This document shows positions 27,337 through 37,237 of a stretch of DNA of 62,810 nt, piece by piece (within the stretch, counting starts at the first letter, position 1; every line of letters begins with the position of its first letter). Made by a program: the position numbers and the translations under genes. A model generated the notes under the pieces. The model had not been told where the DNA came from. It made no database searches and saw only the letters and a program-made list of their open reading frames with translations. The DNA is from Arcobacteraceae bacterium (lineage in GTDB: Bacteria > Campylobacterota > Campylobacteria > Campylobacterales > Arcobacteraceae), in NCBI GenBank assembly GCA_048268245.1, contig JBLWVX010000014.1, forward strand, positions 1 through 62,810, read 5' to 3'.

Positions 27337-29226
27337 ATGTTTAAAATTTTACTTACAATTTTTATATTACTTAATTTAAGTGCTTATGCAAATGAAATCA
27401 CTTACGAAAATGATACACAATTAGAAGAAGTTAAAGAACTTACTTTTAAAGAAAAAAGCCAAGAGACTACTAAAAAACTTTTAAAAAACAAAAAGACAAA
27501 AACTATGTTTTTATCAAGACACTCTTTGAGAAAATACTATAAACAGTTTGATTATCAATTAATTTGGGTTGATGAAAATGGAATAAAAGATATTGCAATA
27601 AATCTTTTAAAAACAATCAAAACAGATCCTGTTTTAAAACCTGAAGTTGAAAAAATATTTAGATTTAAAACTCTTATAAAAAAACTAGATAAACTAGATA
27701 AAAGTCCTGAAAAATATATTGAGAATATAGCAAAAATTGATTTTATGCTTATAAGTATTTATAGTAAATATATGACTTACTTAGGAAGTGGATATATAGA
27801 TTGGAAAGGTTTTAAAGCAACAATTAAAGAGCTTGAAGAAAAAGATGACATTCATGTAGGATGGGAAAAATACAATATTAAAAAAAACAAAATTAAACTA
27901 CTAAAGGAAGCTTTAGAAAAAGATGATTTAAATATTGCTTTTAATGCTGTAAACTATACTTTCCCTCAAGCAAAACAATTAGAAAATAAAATAAAAGAGT
28001 TTGAAAATCTTGCTTTATCAGGTGGCTATATAAAACTACCTAAATTCAAAGTGCTGAAAGAGGGTTCAAAAAGTAATGCAGTAAAGATTTTAAGACAAAG
28101 ACTTCAACAAAGTAATGACTTAGTAGAAAATGAATGTGAAGTTACAATAGATACAGAAAATCTAGTTACTAACACAATTGTAAAAAACAATTCTTTAGAT
28201 ACAAATTTACATAAAGAAGAGATTTATACTCAAGACTCAGATATACTAGAAAATGATTGTTATAATGTTTTTGATAAATATGTAAAAGAAGGTGTAATAT
28301 CTTTTCAAAAAAATCATGGCTTAGTTGCAGATGGTGTAGTTGGAGCTCAAACAAGAAGAGCTTTAAATATGTCAGTTGAAAAGAAACTTGTAAAAATGAG
28401 ATTGAACTTAGAGCGAATGAGATGGATGCCAAGAACTCTAGGAGAAAAATTTTTACTAGTTAATATACCTGAGTACAAACTAAGAATGTATAAAAACAAT
28501 GAAGTAGCTTTAGATATGAATATAGTTGTAGGAAAAAGAAAATACCCTACTCCAATTTTTTCAAATAAAGTATCTTTTGTAGTTTTAAATCCATATTGGA
28601 AAATTCCTGAAAGTATTGTTGAAAAAGAGCTTATCCCAAAAGTTTTAGAAAATCCTAATTACCTAAAAGAAAAAGGTATTAACATTCATGAAAACTGGGA
28701 TTATAAATCAGATACATATGAGCTAAATGAAATTGATATTAAAGCTATGTTACCAAAAGAAGAAAATGATAATATGGATGAAACAAATCTTGAAGATGAA
28801 ACATTTGTTCAAAACCAAGAAGTTATAGAAGAACAACCTAAATATAGATTTATACAAGTTCCAAGTGATACTAACCCTCTTGGTAGAATGAAATTTATGT
28901 TTCCAAATAGATACTCAGTTTATTTACATGACTCTCCTGTTAAAAAATACTTTAAATATACTAAAAGAGCATATTCACATGGTTGTGTTAGATTAGCTGA
29001 ACCTAAAAAACTTTTAGAAGCTATATCAAAAGACAATAATTTTGATTTTGATGAAGCAAAAGAAGTGTTAACTCAAATTGATAAGAAATCAATTGACTTA
29101 AAAAAGCAAATACCAGTACACATGGTATATTTAACATCATGGGTTGATGAAAACGGTAAGTTACAATTTAGAAATGATATTTATAAATATGATAAGATTC
29201 AAAAAAAGCTTTTATATAGAATGTAA
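27337..29226 (+). CDS. L,D-transpeptidase, YcbB/LdtD type
   Basis: FQKNHGLVADGVVG peptidoglycan-binding domain, NLERMRW, LVNIPEY, NPLGRMKFMFPN, YLHD...SHGCVR. Confidence 0.93.
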   Translation: MFKILLTIFILLNLSAYANEITYENDTQLEEVKELTFKEKSQETTKKLLKNKKTKTMFLSRHSLRKYYKQFDYQLIWVDENGIKDIAINLLKTIKTDPVLKPEVEKIFRFKTLIKKLDKLDKSPEKYIENIAKIDFMLISIYSKYMTYLGSGYIDWKGFKATIKELEEKDDIHVGWEKYNIKKNKIKLLKEALEKDDLNIAFNAVNYTFPQAKQLENKIKEFENLALSGGYIKLPKFKVLKEGSKSNAVKILRQRLQQSNDLVENECEVTIDTENLVTNTIVKNNSLDTNLHKEEIYTQDSDILENDCYNVFDKYVKEGVISFQKNHGLVADGVVGAQTRRALNMSVEKKLVKMRLNLERMRWMPRTLGEKFLLVNIPEYKLRMYKNNEVALDMNIVVGKRKYPTPIFSNKVSFVVLNPYWKIPESIVEKELIPKVLENPNYLKEKGINIHENWDYKSDTYELNEIDIKAMLPKEENDNMDETNLEDETFVQNQEVIEEQPKYRFIQVPSDTNPLGRMKFMFPNRYSVYLHDSPVKKYFKYTKRAYSHGCVRLAEPKKLLEAISKDNNFDFDEAKEVLTQIDKKSIDLKKQIPVHMVYLTSWVDENGKLQFRNDIYKYDKIQKKLLYRM

Positions 29227-29234
29227 AAGCTTTT

Positions 29235-30374
29235 TTATTTTTTGATTAAAAAAATTTTGTCTTTTATAAAGTTGATATTTTTTACATAAAGTCTATGTTT
29301 GTCTTCTAAAACTTTCATAAAAAATCTTACTTCTGCATTTGTAAAACCATCTGGTTCTTTATCTTTTATAGACACTTCACAATCTTCCATAAGTCTTATT
29401 CTTTTCAATACACCACTTGTAAGTTTTACATAGTATACAATATCAAGTTGTGTTTGATTTACCTTCTCAATTGTTACAATAACTCTATTGTCTCTGGCAC
29501 TCATATTAAAAGCAGGATATAAAGTAGTAAAATCTTCACTACTTATATATCCAATATAAAGTTTAGTATAAATATCAAAATAAAGTCCTAATTTATAAGA
29601 AGAGAAGAATTTTAAATCAACGATAAACTTAGGATTAGACCTTGACTTTGTCAAAATCCACTCTAATGTTGGGAAATACTGAAACTTTTTATATCTTACA
29701 TTTAAAGCCTCGATAAACTTTTTATGAGTAGGAGGCTTGAGAGTTTTTATATTTTTTTTATTTCTTTTTGAAAAGATAATTTTTTTAATTAAATCTTCAT
29801 CAGATAAATCTTTTGTAACCCATATAGTTGCATAATCTGGAAAGTTTCTGATTCCAATAGAACCTTGTGTTAAAACTATTAAAGCTCTTATTTGTAAAGT
29901 AGGAAAAATCATTTTAAGTAAGGCGTATTTTTTTGCAAGTCTTTTATTTAGACTTGAAGTTTTCTTTGAAGTACTCATTTCAACAAAATAAACTGAGTCT
30001 TTTGTAAAAAACATTGCATCAAACTCACTTATATCTTTATAAGCAGATTTATAAACTATTTGAGAGCTTCTATCTATTAAAAGTCCACTTTTAATATATT
30101 TGTTTTCTTTATCTTGATATGGACCTTTTACTACAAATCTAGTAATAAGCTCTTCAGTTTGAGCAAATTCCATTAGCAATTCATAAACTATATTTTCGTA
30201 AACTTCTCCTCTAAAACTTCCATATGCTGATATATAAGAAGGATCATCTTCTGATATATTTTTTTTAAATAAAGCCCTTAAGCTCTTACTATCATAAGAG
30301 TAGTGAAAAAGATTGTTTTTTATATTTGATATATCTAAATTTTTTATTTTTTGTGTAATTTTAAATTGATGCAA
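29235..30374 (-). CDS. Hypothetical protein with PD-(D/E)XK-like motif
   Basis: 379-aa ORF; GEVYE...EFDAMF...YFVEMS spacing. Confidence 0.6.
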   Translation of the reverse strand: MHQFKITQKIKNLDISNIKNNLFHYSYDSKSLRALFKKNISEDDPSYISAYGSFRGEVYENIVYELLMEFAQTEELITRFVVKGPYQDKENKYIKSGLLIDRSSQIVYKSAYKDISEFDAMFFTKDSVYFVEMSTSKKTSSLNKRLAKKYALLKMIFPTLQIRALIVLTQGSIGIRNFPDYATIWVTKDLSDEDLIKKIIFSKRNKKNIKTLKPPTHKKFIEALNVRYKKFQYFPTLEWILTKSRSNPKFIVDLKFFSSYKLGLYFDIYTKLYIGYISSEDFTTLYPAFNMSARDNRVIVTIEKVNQTQLDIVYYVKLTSGVLKRIRLMEDCEVSIKDKEPDGFTNAEVRFFMKVLEDKHRLYVKNINFIKDKIFLIKK

Positions 30375-30494
30375 TTGTCTTTAAGTCTATAATAAACTTA
30401 TTTCCTTTTTAAGTTGAAATTATTATATCTAAATAGATTTTAATAAAGATTAACATAATATAATACACTAAATAATACATATAAAAGGTACTTA

Positions 30495-31184
30495 ATGTCA
30501 AAAAATATTTTAATCACAGGATGTAGTTCAGGTCTTGGTTTAGCCTTAGTAAACTTGTATTTGAAAAAAGGTTTTAAAGTTTATGGAATAAGTAGAACTA
30601 AACCTGAAATACAAAATGATAATTTTATTTATAAAAGATTTGATTTAGCAAATGTTGAAGAGATAAAACCTATACTTCAAGAGTTTATACAAAGTATAAA
30701 TGATATTGACACAGTATATTTAAATGCTGGGATGTTAGGTGAAATAAAATCTTCAATAGAGTTAAAAGTATCACAATTAAAAGAAGTATATGAATTAAAT
30801 GTATATGCTAACAAAGAGCTTTTAGATATATTTTCAACTATTAAAGTGAATAATATTATTGCTATTTCTTCAGGAGCTTCTGTAAATGGATCAAAGGGGT
30901 GGGCTTCATACTCTTTATCAAAAGCAGGAGTAAATATGCTTATAAATCTTTATTCTAAAGAGTTATTAGATACAAAGCTATTAGCTGTAGCACCAGGAGT
31001 TATTGAAACACCAATGACAGATTACATAAGATTTGATATAGATGATGAAAAATTTCCTTCAGCAAAAAGATTAAAAGAATCACATATTCAAAAACCTGCT
31101 CAAGCTGCCCAAAGATTAGATAATGTAATAGAAAATATTAATAAATTTACAAGTGGAGAATTTATTGATGTGAGAAACATCTAA
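30495..31184 (+). CDS. Short-chain dehydrogenase/reductase
   Basis: TGCSSGLG, LNAG, ISSGA, YSLSK, APGVIETPM. Confidence 0.92.
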   Translation: MSKNILITGCSSGLGLALVNLYLKKGFKVYGISRTKPEIQNDNFIYKRFDLANVEEIKPILQEFIQSINDIDTVYLNAGMLGEIKSSIELKVSQLKEVYELNVYANKELLDIFSTIKVNNIIAISSGASVNGSKGWASYSLSKAGVNMLINLYSKELLDTKLLAVAPGVIETPMTDYIRFDIDDEKFPSAKRLKESHIQKPAQAAQRLDNVIENINKFTSGEFIDVRNI

Positions 31185-31434
31185 GTATTATTTATTTGAT
31201 TCATTTCATATGAGACCGTTAAATCTTGTTTTACAGAGTTATTATTAAATCTTAAAATAATATTCTAAATATTAATAAGTTGCAATATAAAATCTTTGTA
31301 AAATAAGGTTTCTTATACAAAAAACTTTCAAAAACTACATATTCTCAATTAAAATTCTGTTGGTATAAATTATATTTATTATATATTTTATTTTTAGTAC
31401 ATACTTGCATACCACCTTAACAAAAGAAGAAGCA

Positions 31435-32142
31435 CTAAACTAGTGCTTCACTTAACATCCCAATAATAAAACCTAAGTTAACTCCAATAGCTAGAAACCT
31501 ACTATTTTTAATTCTAATTGATGGAGCAATATCTTGAAAAATCAAATATAGTATTCCACCTGCTGCAAAAATCATCAAAGCTGATGTTATTTCATAAGTA
31601 TCTTTTAGTAAATAGTATCCTATCAAAGAAAAAATCACCCCCACAAAACTTAAACAAAAAAGTATAACTAATGCTTTATATTTTGAAAAATGAGAACCTC
31701 TTAATTCTATATAAGAGTTAAAAGACTCTGGAAAATTTTGAAATGCAATAAAAATAGCAAGTAAAATACCCACATTATGATCATATACAAAAAGTGCACC
31801 TAAAGCTATTGACTCAGGTATAAAATCTAAAAGCATCGCTAAAACCTGAGGAATATTTGCACTATTTTTTTCAATAAAACTATCTAAATAATAAAAAATA
31901 AAAGCACCAAGCAAAAAGATAACAACACTAGATACTATATTTAAACCTTCCATACCCTTGGGAATTAAAACAAACGCTACAGCTGATAACATAATTCCTG
32001 TTACAAAGGCAGTTAAAAAATGCACTACTTTTCTTTTTAAAACTCTATTTGTAATAGTTTTTTCAAAAAAATAAGAACTAACACCACCTAAAAAAACTGT
32101 AGTACCCGCAATAAATGAAAAGAAAATAACTTCAAAAAGCAT
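31435..32142 (-). CDS. ZIP family metal transporter-like protein
   Basis: LLDFIPESIALG, QNFPESF, AAGGILYL. Confidence 0.85.
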   Translation of the reverse strand: MLFEVIFFSFIAGTTVFLGGVSSYFFEKTITNRVLKRKVVHFLTAFVTGIMLSAVAFVLIPKGMEGLNIVSSVVIFLLGAFIFYYLDSFIEKNSANIPQVLAMLLDFIPESIALGALFVYDHNVGILLAIFIAFQNFPESFNSYIELRGSHFSKYKALVILFCLSFVGVIFSLIGYYLLKDTYEITSALMIFAAGGILYLIFQDIAPSIRIKNSRFLAIGVNLGFIIGMLSEALV

Positions 32143-32197
32143 AATTTAACCCTATAAATATAATATTTTTATTATACCATAGAGTTAATTTTAAAGA

Positions 32198-33445
32198 TTA
32201 ATTTTTTTGTTTTTTCTTTTTTTCAATACTTTTAATATTTATAAGCATTAATATGGAAACTATAAAAGCTACTACAAAGAACCCTGCAAATACATATAAT
32301 GTTTGAGAGTAAGACCCTGTTGAGTCTTTTACAAGAGATATGATTAAAGGACCAACTAATCCTGCTGCTGCCCATGCAGTAAGAATATAACCATGAATAG
32401 CACCTAATTCTTTTGTTCCAAAAATATCTCCAATATATGCAGGAATTGAAGCAAAACCTCCACCATAACAAGTCATAATAAAGTAAATAACCACTTGGAA
32501 AATAATAATCTCAGTAATAGAAGGAAGAACATAGAATGCAATTGCTTGTGTTAAAAAGAAAATTATATAAACAACAGGTCTTGTTAAATAATCAGATAAT
32601 GAAGCCCATACAATTCTTCCTGCTCCATTAAAAATCCCCATAAGTCCAACAGCTGCAGCTGCTGCTATTGCTGAAATACCTATAACTTCTTGAAGTAAAG
32701 GTGAAGCAACACCTATTAATGCAATACCACATGTAACATTTATAAATAGCATTATCCAAAGACCATAAAATCTTGGTGTTTTAACTGCTTCATTTAAAGA
32801 TAATGAAGCTAAATCTTCTTTTAGTTTTTTCTTACCCTCTTTTAGTTTCTTCTTAAACTTTTTAGGAAGATAGTTCTCTTCTGGCTTTTCTAAATATAAT
32901 GCAGAAGCAAACATAACTACAAAATAAATTGCCCCCAAAATGAAGAAAGTCCCAGAGATTCCAACTTTTTCAATTAAGATTTTTATAGTAGGACCCCAAA
33001 CAGCAGAAGCAAAACCAAAGCCCATAATTGCTAAACCTGTAGCCATACCTCTTTTATCAGGAAACCATTTTACTAAAGTTGATACAGGTGAAATATACCC
33101 TATTCCTAATCCACATCCACCTAAAACTCCATAAAAAAAGTATAAAAGCAATTTTGATTCCATCATAATTGCTAATCCTGAACCAGCTGTTCCTAAACCA
33201 AAAAGTGAAGCTGCAATTATTGCAGATACTCTAGGACCATTTTTTTCAACAAACTTCCCCATAAGTGCTGCTGATAATCCTAAAAAGAAAATTGCAATAC
33301 TAAATGCAATTGTAACATCAGTTAATGTCCAAGACATTTGCTCTTGTATTGGATTTACATATACACTCCAAGCATATACAGACCCAATACAAATATGTAC
33401 ACCTACAGCACTAAGTGCCATAAGCCATCTATTTTTTTCAACCAT
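32198..33445 (-). CDS. MFS transporter, oxalate:formate antiporter / L-lactate family
   Basis: NRW..IGSVYAWS, KWFPDKRGMATGLAIMGFG, NGAGRIVWASLSD, CYGGGF. Confidence 0.92.
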   Translation of the reverse strand: MVEKNRWLMALSAVGVHICIGSVYAWSVYVNPIQEQMSWTLTDVTIAFSIAIFFLGLSAALMGKFVEKNGPRVSAIIAASLFGLGTAGSGLAIMMESKLLLYFFYGVLGGCGLGIGYISPVSTLVKWFPDKRGMATGLAIMGFGFASAVWGPTIKILIEKVGISGTFFILGAIYFVVMFASALYLEKPEENYLPKKFKKKLKEGKKKLKEDLASLSLNEAVKTPRFYGLWIMLFINVTCGIALIGVASPLLQEVIGISAIAAAAAVGLMGIFNGAGRIVWASLSDYLTRPVVYIIFFLTQAIAFYVLPSITEIIIFQVVIYFIMTCYGGGFASIPAYIGDIFGTKELGAIHGYILTAWAAAGLVGPLIISLVKDSTGSYSQTLYVFAGFFVVAFIVSILMLINIKSIEKKKKQKN

Positions 33446-33529
33446 AACTCTTCTTTCTTATAAAATGTAAACGAATTTTATAAAAAGATTGTATAAGAGT
33501 ATATTAAGTATATGACTTACATAAGTAAA

Positions 33530-34438
33530 TCATTTTTTAAAAACTAAGTTTTTAAGACTTCTTTCATCATCACTATTTGGGAAAGTGTCTAAATTACTTA
33601 ATCTTTTTACATATTGAAAATCTGGTGCATTTTTTGAAAATATATCTTTTAAAAATTGAACATCTAGTTCTGGTGCATTTAAACAAGCTAAGACAACACA
33701 CTCATCATTTGCTAATTCATTAAGTTTTTTTATAATCTTTTCATAATCTTTTGTAGCTGCAAAACTTCCTTTTTGAAAACTTGGGGGATCAATTATGATA
33801 ATATCATAAGGTCCTTCTTTTCTTATTCTACTCCATGATTTCAGAATATTATATGGCATAAATTTAATATTTTTTGTATCTAAATTATTTAGATGATGGT
33901 TTTTACGACCTTGACTTAAAGCACCTTTAGACATATCTACATTTACTACTTTTGAAGCTTTAGCACTACTTGCTACAACAGAAAAAGCACAAGTATAAGA
34001 AAATAAATTTAAGACATTTTTATTTTCACAAATTGAAGAGATAAATTCACGACCTTTTTTCATATCAAAAAACAAACCTATATTTTTGTTTTTAAAATTT
34101 AATGAATACTTCAAAGAGTTTTCAACAGCAAAAGAGTCTTCTTTTAAATCTCCTTTTAGAAGTTCTATTTCACCATTATTTAAAAATCTTTTTTGAAATA
34201 GAAGAGATTTAAAACCATATTCCTCATATATTTCAAAAAATAGTTTTTTTAAATCCTCTTCTAAGCCTTGTGGAATATTTTCATATAAACTAATAAGTAA
34301 GATTTTATCAATAGAATCAACAGTCAAAAAGTTATAAGCACCATAAAAGTTTCCCCTACCATGAAAAACTCTTTTTACTTCATTTGTATTATTCTTCAAA
34401 TTGTTTTTAATAATTAATTGTAATTCATCTATATTCAT
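33530..34438 (-). CDS. Class I SAM-dependent methyltransferase, RlmI/RlmK-like
   Basis: RVFHGRG, GLFFDM, VLNLFSYTCAFS, IIIDPPSF. Confidence 0.88.
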   Translation of the reverse strand: MNIDELQLIIKNNLKNNTNEVKRVFHGRGNFYGAYNFLTVDSIDKILLISLYENIPQGLEEDLKKLFFEIYEEYGFKSLLFQKRFLNNGEIELLKGDLKEDSFAVENSLKYSLNFKNKNIGLFFDMKKGREFISSICENKNVLNLFSYTCAFSVVASSAKASKVVNVDMSKGALSQGRKNHHLNNLDTKNIKFMPYNILKSWSRIRKEGPYDIIIIDPPSFQKGSFAATKDYEKIIKKLNELANDECVVLACLNAPELDVQFLKDIFSKNAPDFQYVKRLSNLDTFPNSDDERSLKNLVFKK

Positions 34439-34446
34439 TGTTTACC

Positions 34447-34929
34447 TTATGACAAAGATGCCATTTTTATATCTATAATTTCATATTCAAAATTTTTAGA
34501 GTTTATAGTAAGTTCAATCTCATCATCTAAACTTTTACCAAAAAGTGCTTTTCCTAATGGAGATTTTATAGAAATCTTATTTTCACTTGGATTTGTTTCA
34601 TATGTCCCAACTATTGTAAACTCTTTTGTTTCATCATTTTCTAAATCTAAAAGTTTTACCTGTGAACCAAAATTTACTTTTTGATGATTCAATGTTCTAA
34701 TATCAATAACTTCAGAATTATTAATAATTTTATCTAAAAATCTCAATCTCTTATCTATATTTCTTATTTGCTCTTTTGCACTTATGTACTCTGCATTTTC
34801 ACTTCTATCACCATGTTGGGCTGCTATTTGTTTTTCTTGAACCCAATAAGGCTTCTCTTTTTCAAGTAAGTTTTTAAACTCTTTGAGGATTTTGTCATAT
34901 CCAATTGAACTAATTAATTCTTTTTTCAT
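34447..34929 (-). CDS. Transcription elongation factor GreA/GreB family (GreB-like)
   Basis: AAQHGDRSENAEY..AK..R.IDKRLRFL, ISIKSPLGKAL. Confidence 0.9.
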   Translation of the reverse strand: MKKELISSIGYDKILKEFKNLLEKEKPYWVQEKQIAAQHGDRSENAEYISAKEQIRNIDKRLRFLDKIINNSEVIDIRTLNHQKVNFGSQVKLLDLENDETKEFTIVGTYETNPSENKISIKSPLGKALFGKSLDDEIELTINSKNFEYEIIDIKMASLS

Positions 34930-35069
34930 TCCCTTATTATATTTAATTTTTCAAAAAAAGGCATAAAATTTGTGTTTAAACTATCTTTATATTAAAATAA
35001 TTTTAGTACTAGATTTTATATTTAAAAAATATATTAAAATACAAATAGGTATACTCTAAGATAAATACC

Positions 35070-35390
35070 ATGAAATCTATATTTTTCAAACTTATTACTA
35101 CACTACTTTTAATCAATACACTATTTGCAAATTCTAGAATACGAGAAAATAATGAAAATATAATATTACAACTTCAATGGAAAAACAAATTTCAATTTGC
35201 AGGATATTTTATAGCAAAAGAGAAAGGTTTTTATAAAGACTACAACATAGATGTAACCATAAAACAAAGAGAATATGGACAAAATGTTGTACATGAGATA
35301 TTAGAAAGAAAAGCAGATGTAACATTATACAATATCAAAGAGAATGGAAAAAACTCTATTACCTTTAAGGATGATTTACCTAAAAAGTAG
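35070..35390 (+). pseudogene. Internally deleted NMT1/THI5 sensor - GGDEF gene remnant
   Basis: Signal peptide plus LQLQWKNKFQFAGYFIAKEKGFY (NMT1 N-terminus) joined to ADVTLYNIKENGKN (GGDEF C-terminal helix) in only 106 aa. Confidence 0.72.
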
Positions 35391-37230
35391 GTAAATCAAC
35401 ATAAAAACATGCTCCTTCTTTTCCATTATAAACTCCGATCTCACCATTGAAGTGTTTTTGAATAATTGTTTTACACATATAAAGACCTAATCCCGTACCT
35501 GACTTTTCATCTTTTGTACTAAAATAAGGTTCAAATAGTTTATCAATTATATTTTCTGGAACACCACCTGCATTATCACATATTGTTGTTCTTAAAATCT
35601 TATCATTTAAAGGAAATATTTTAACTGTTATTACTCTTTGTTCTTTTCTATTTTGAACCAATGCTTCTTTAGCATTTTTAAGTATATTTAAATACACTTG
35701 AAGTAATTCCCTTGAATACACCATTACTTCAATAGAACTTGCCTCATCAATAATAAGTTCTATTTCATTATTTTCTAAGGCTTTCCCCATGATTTTTAAA
35801 GATTCATCTAAGACTTTAGAACAATTTGTCTTCTCTTTTTCTTTATTTGGTCTAAAAAAATCTCTAAAGTCTTCTATAGTTTGAGATAAATATTTAGTTT
35901 GCTCTAACATAGACTCTGTATTTTCTTTTAGCTCTTCGTTATCAAGCATTTCAAGTTCTATATCAGCTAAAGTATTATTTGCAGCCATTGCAATTACAGA
36001 TATAGGTTGTCTCCATTGATGAGCAATCATTGAAATCATTTCACCCATAGCAGCATGTCTTGACTGTGCTATCATAATCTCTTCTTTATCTTTTAATTCT
36101 TGTTTTAACTCTTCTATTTTTGTAATATCAGCATGAACACCAAGCATTCTAACAGCTTGACCATTATCATCGAAAATTGTTTTCCCTTTATCTAAAATAT
36201 AAACCCATGAGCCATCCTTATGCTTAAGTCTATGAATATTCTCATAAAACTCAGTTTTACCTTCTTGATTTGCTTTTATACTAGATATTGCTTTTTGCTT
36301 ATCCTCAGGATGAATATTTTTATCCCAAGACTCTAATAAATTAGGCAACTCTTTGTCTTCATAACCTAACATTTTTTTCCAAATCTTTGAAAAATAAACT
36401 TCATTAGTTTTTAAATTCCAATCCCATAAACCAAGATTTGATCCAGTAACTGCATAATCATATCTATCGTAAAGAATTTTATATTTGTTTTTTAACTCTC
36501 TTAGGTGCAACTGGTTTTTATAAATTCTATTTATAATGAAAAATAAAATAAAAAAGATAATAATTGCAAAAATAACAACTAATACTCTTTGATAAGTATA
36601 GTTTTCATTTAATATTTCAAAATTTTCTTCATAAACATTTAAAGGTATAGTAACTCTAATTCCACCTCTTGTTTCACCTAGCTTATAGCCTTGTACTGCA
36701 TGACATTGTAAACAGCTTTCTTTTACTGTTAACTTACCCATAAAATTAAAAACTTCATTTTCTTTATCCAATTTTGTATAATAATTTATATCAGGATTTT
36801 TATCAAACTGACTCAAAGCTTCTACTTCAAAACCATAAGCTTTATTGTCAGGATTCATTGGCTTTAAACTTGTAATTTTATAATTAAAGTTAGTTAAACT
36901 ATTCATCATCTCTGAAACTTGTTTTGTCATCCAAGCAGGATTAATTTTGATTAACCTCTCTCCTTCATTTGTAAATAGTTGATTATTTACTAAGTACTTA
37001 TTGGGTTTTATACCTTCTTGTTCTTTTACATAAACACCATTGTATTGAGCATTCCAAGCTCTAAATACTTTAAAATACTCAAAATGAGTTTGTGCTTCTT
37101 GAAATATCGTTTTATTAAAATACTCTTTATTAGCTTCATGTATTTTTTTCTGATATGTTAATATTTGAAAAGTAAAAATAAATACCAAAAGGAAAACACT
37201 TAAAATTATTAGATTTTTAATATTTTTCAT
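35380..37230 (-). CDS. Heme c-binding (DUF3365/Tll0287-like) PAS sensor histidine kinase
   Basis: Periplasmic INPAWMT, KITSLKPMNPDN, SCLQCH (CxxCH), RGGI; PAS (GLWDWN..IHPED); IAHQWRQP; GTGLGL. Confidence 0.9.
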   Translation of the reverse strand: MKNIKNLIILSVFLLVFIFTFQILTYQKKIHEANKEYFNKTIFQEAQTHFEYFKVFRAWNAQYNGVYVKEQEGIKPNKYLVNNQLFTNEGERLIKINPAWMTKQVSEMMNSLTNFNYKITSLKPMNPDNKAYGFEVEALSQFDKNPDINYYTKLDKENEVFNFMGKLTVKESCLQCHAVQGYKLGETRGGIRVTIPLNVYEENFEILNENYTYQRVLVVIFAIIIFFILFFIINRIYKNQLHLRELKNKYKILYDRYDYAVTGSNLGLWDWNLKTNEVYFSKIWKKMLGYEDKELPNLLESWDKNIHPEDKQKAISSIKANQEGKTEFYENIHRLKHKDGSWVYILDKGKTIFDDNGQAVRMLGVHADITKIEELKQELKDKEEIMIAQSRHAAMGEMISMIAHQWRQPISVIAMAANNTLADIELEMLDNEELKENTESMLEQTKYLSQTIEDFRDFFRPNKEKEKTNCSKVLDESLKIMGKALENNEIELIIDEASSIEVMVYSRELLQVYLNILKNAKEALVQNRKEQRVITVKIFPLNDKILRTTICDNAGGVPENIIDKLFEPYFSTKDEKSGTGLGLYMCKTIIQKHFNGEIGVYNGKEGACFYVDLPTF

Positions 37231-37237
37231 TTTAATC

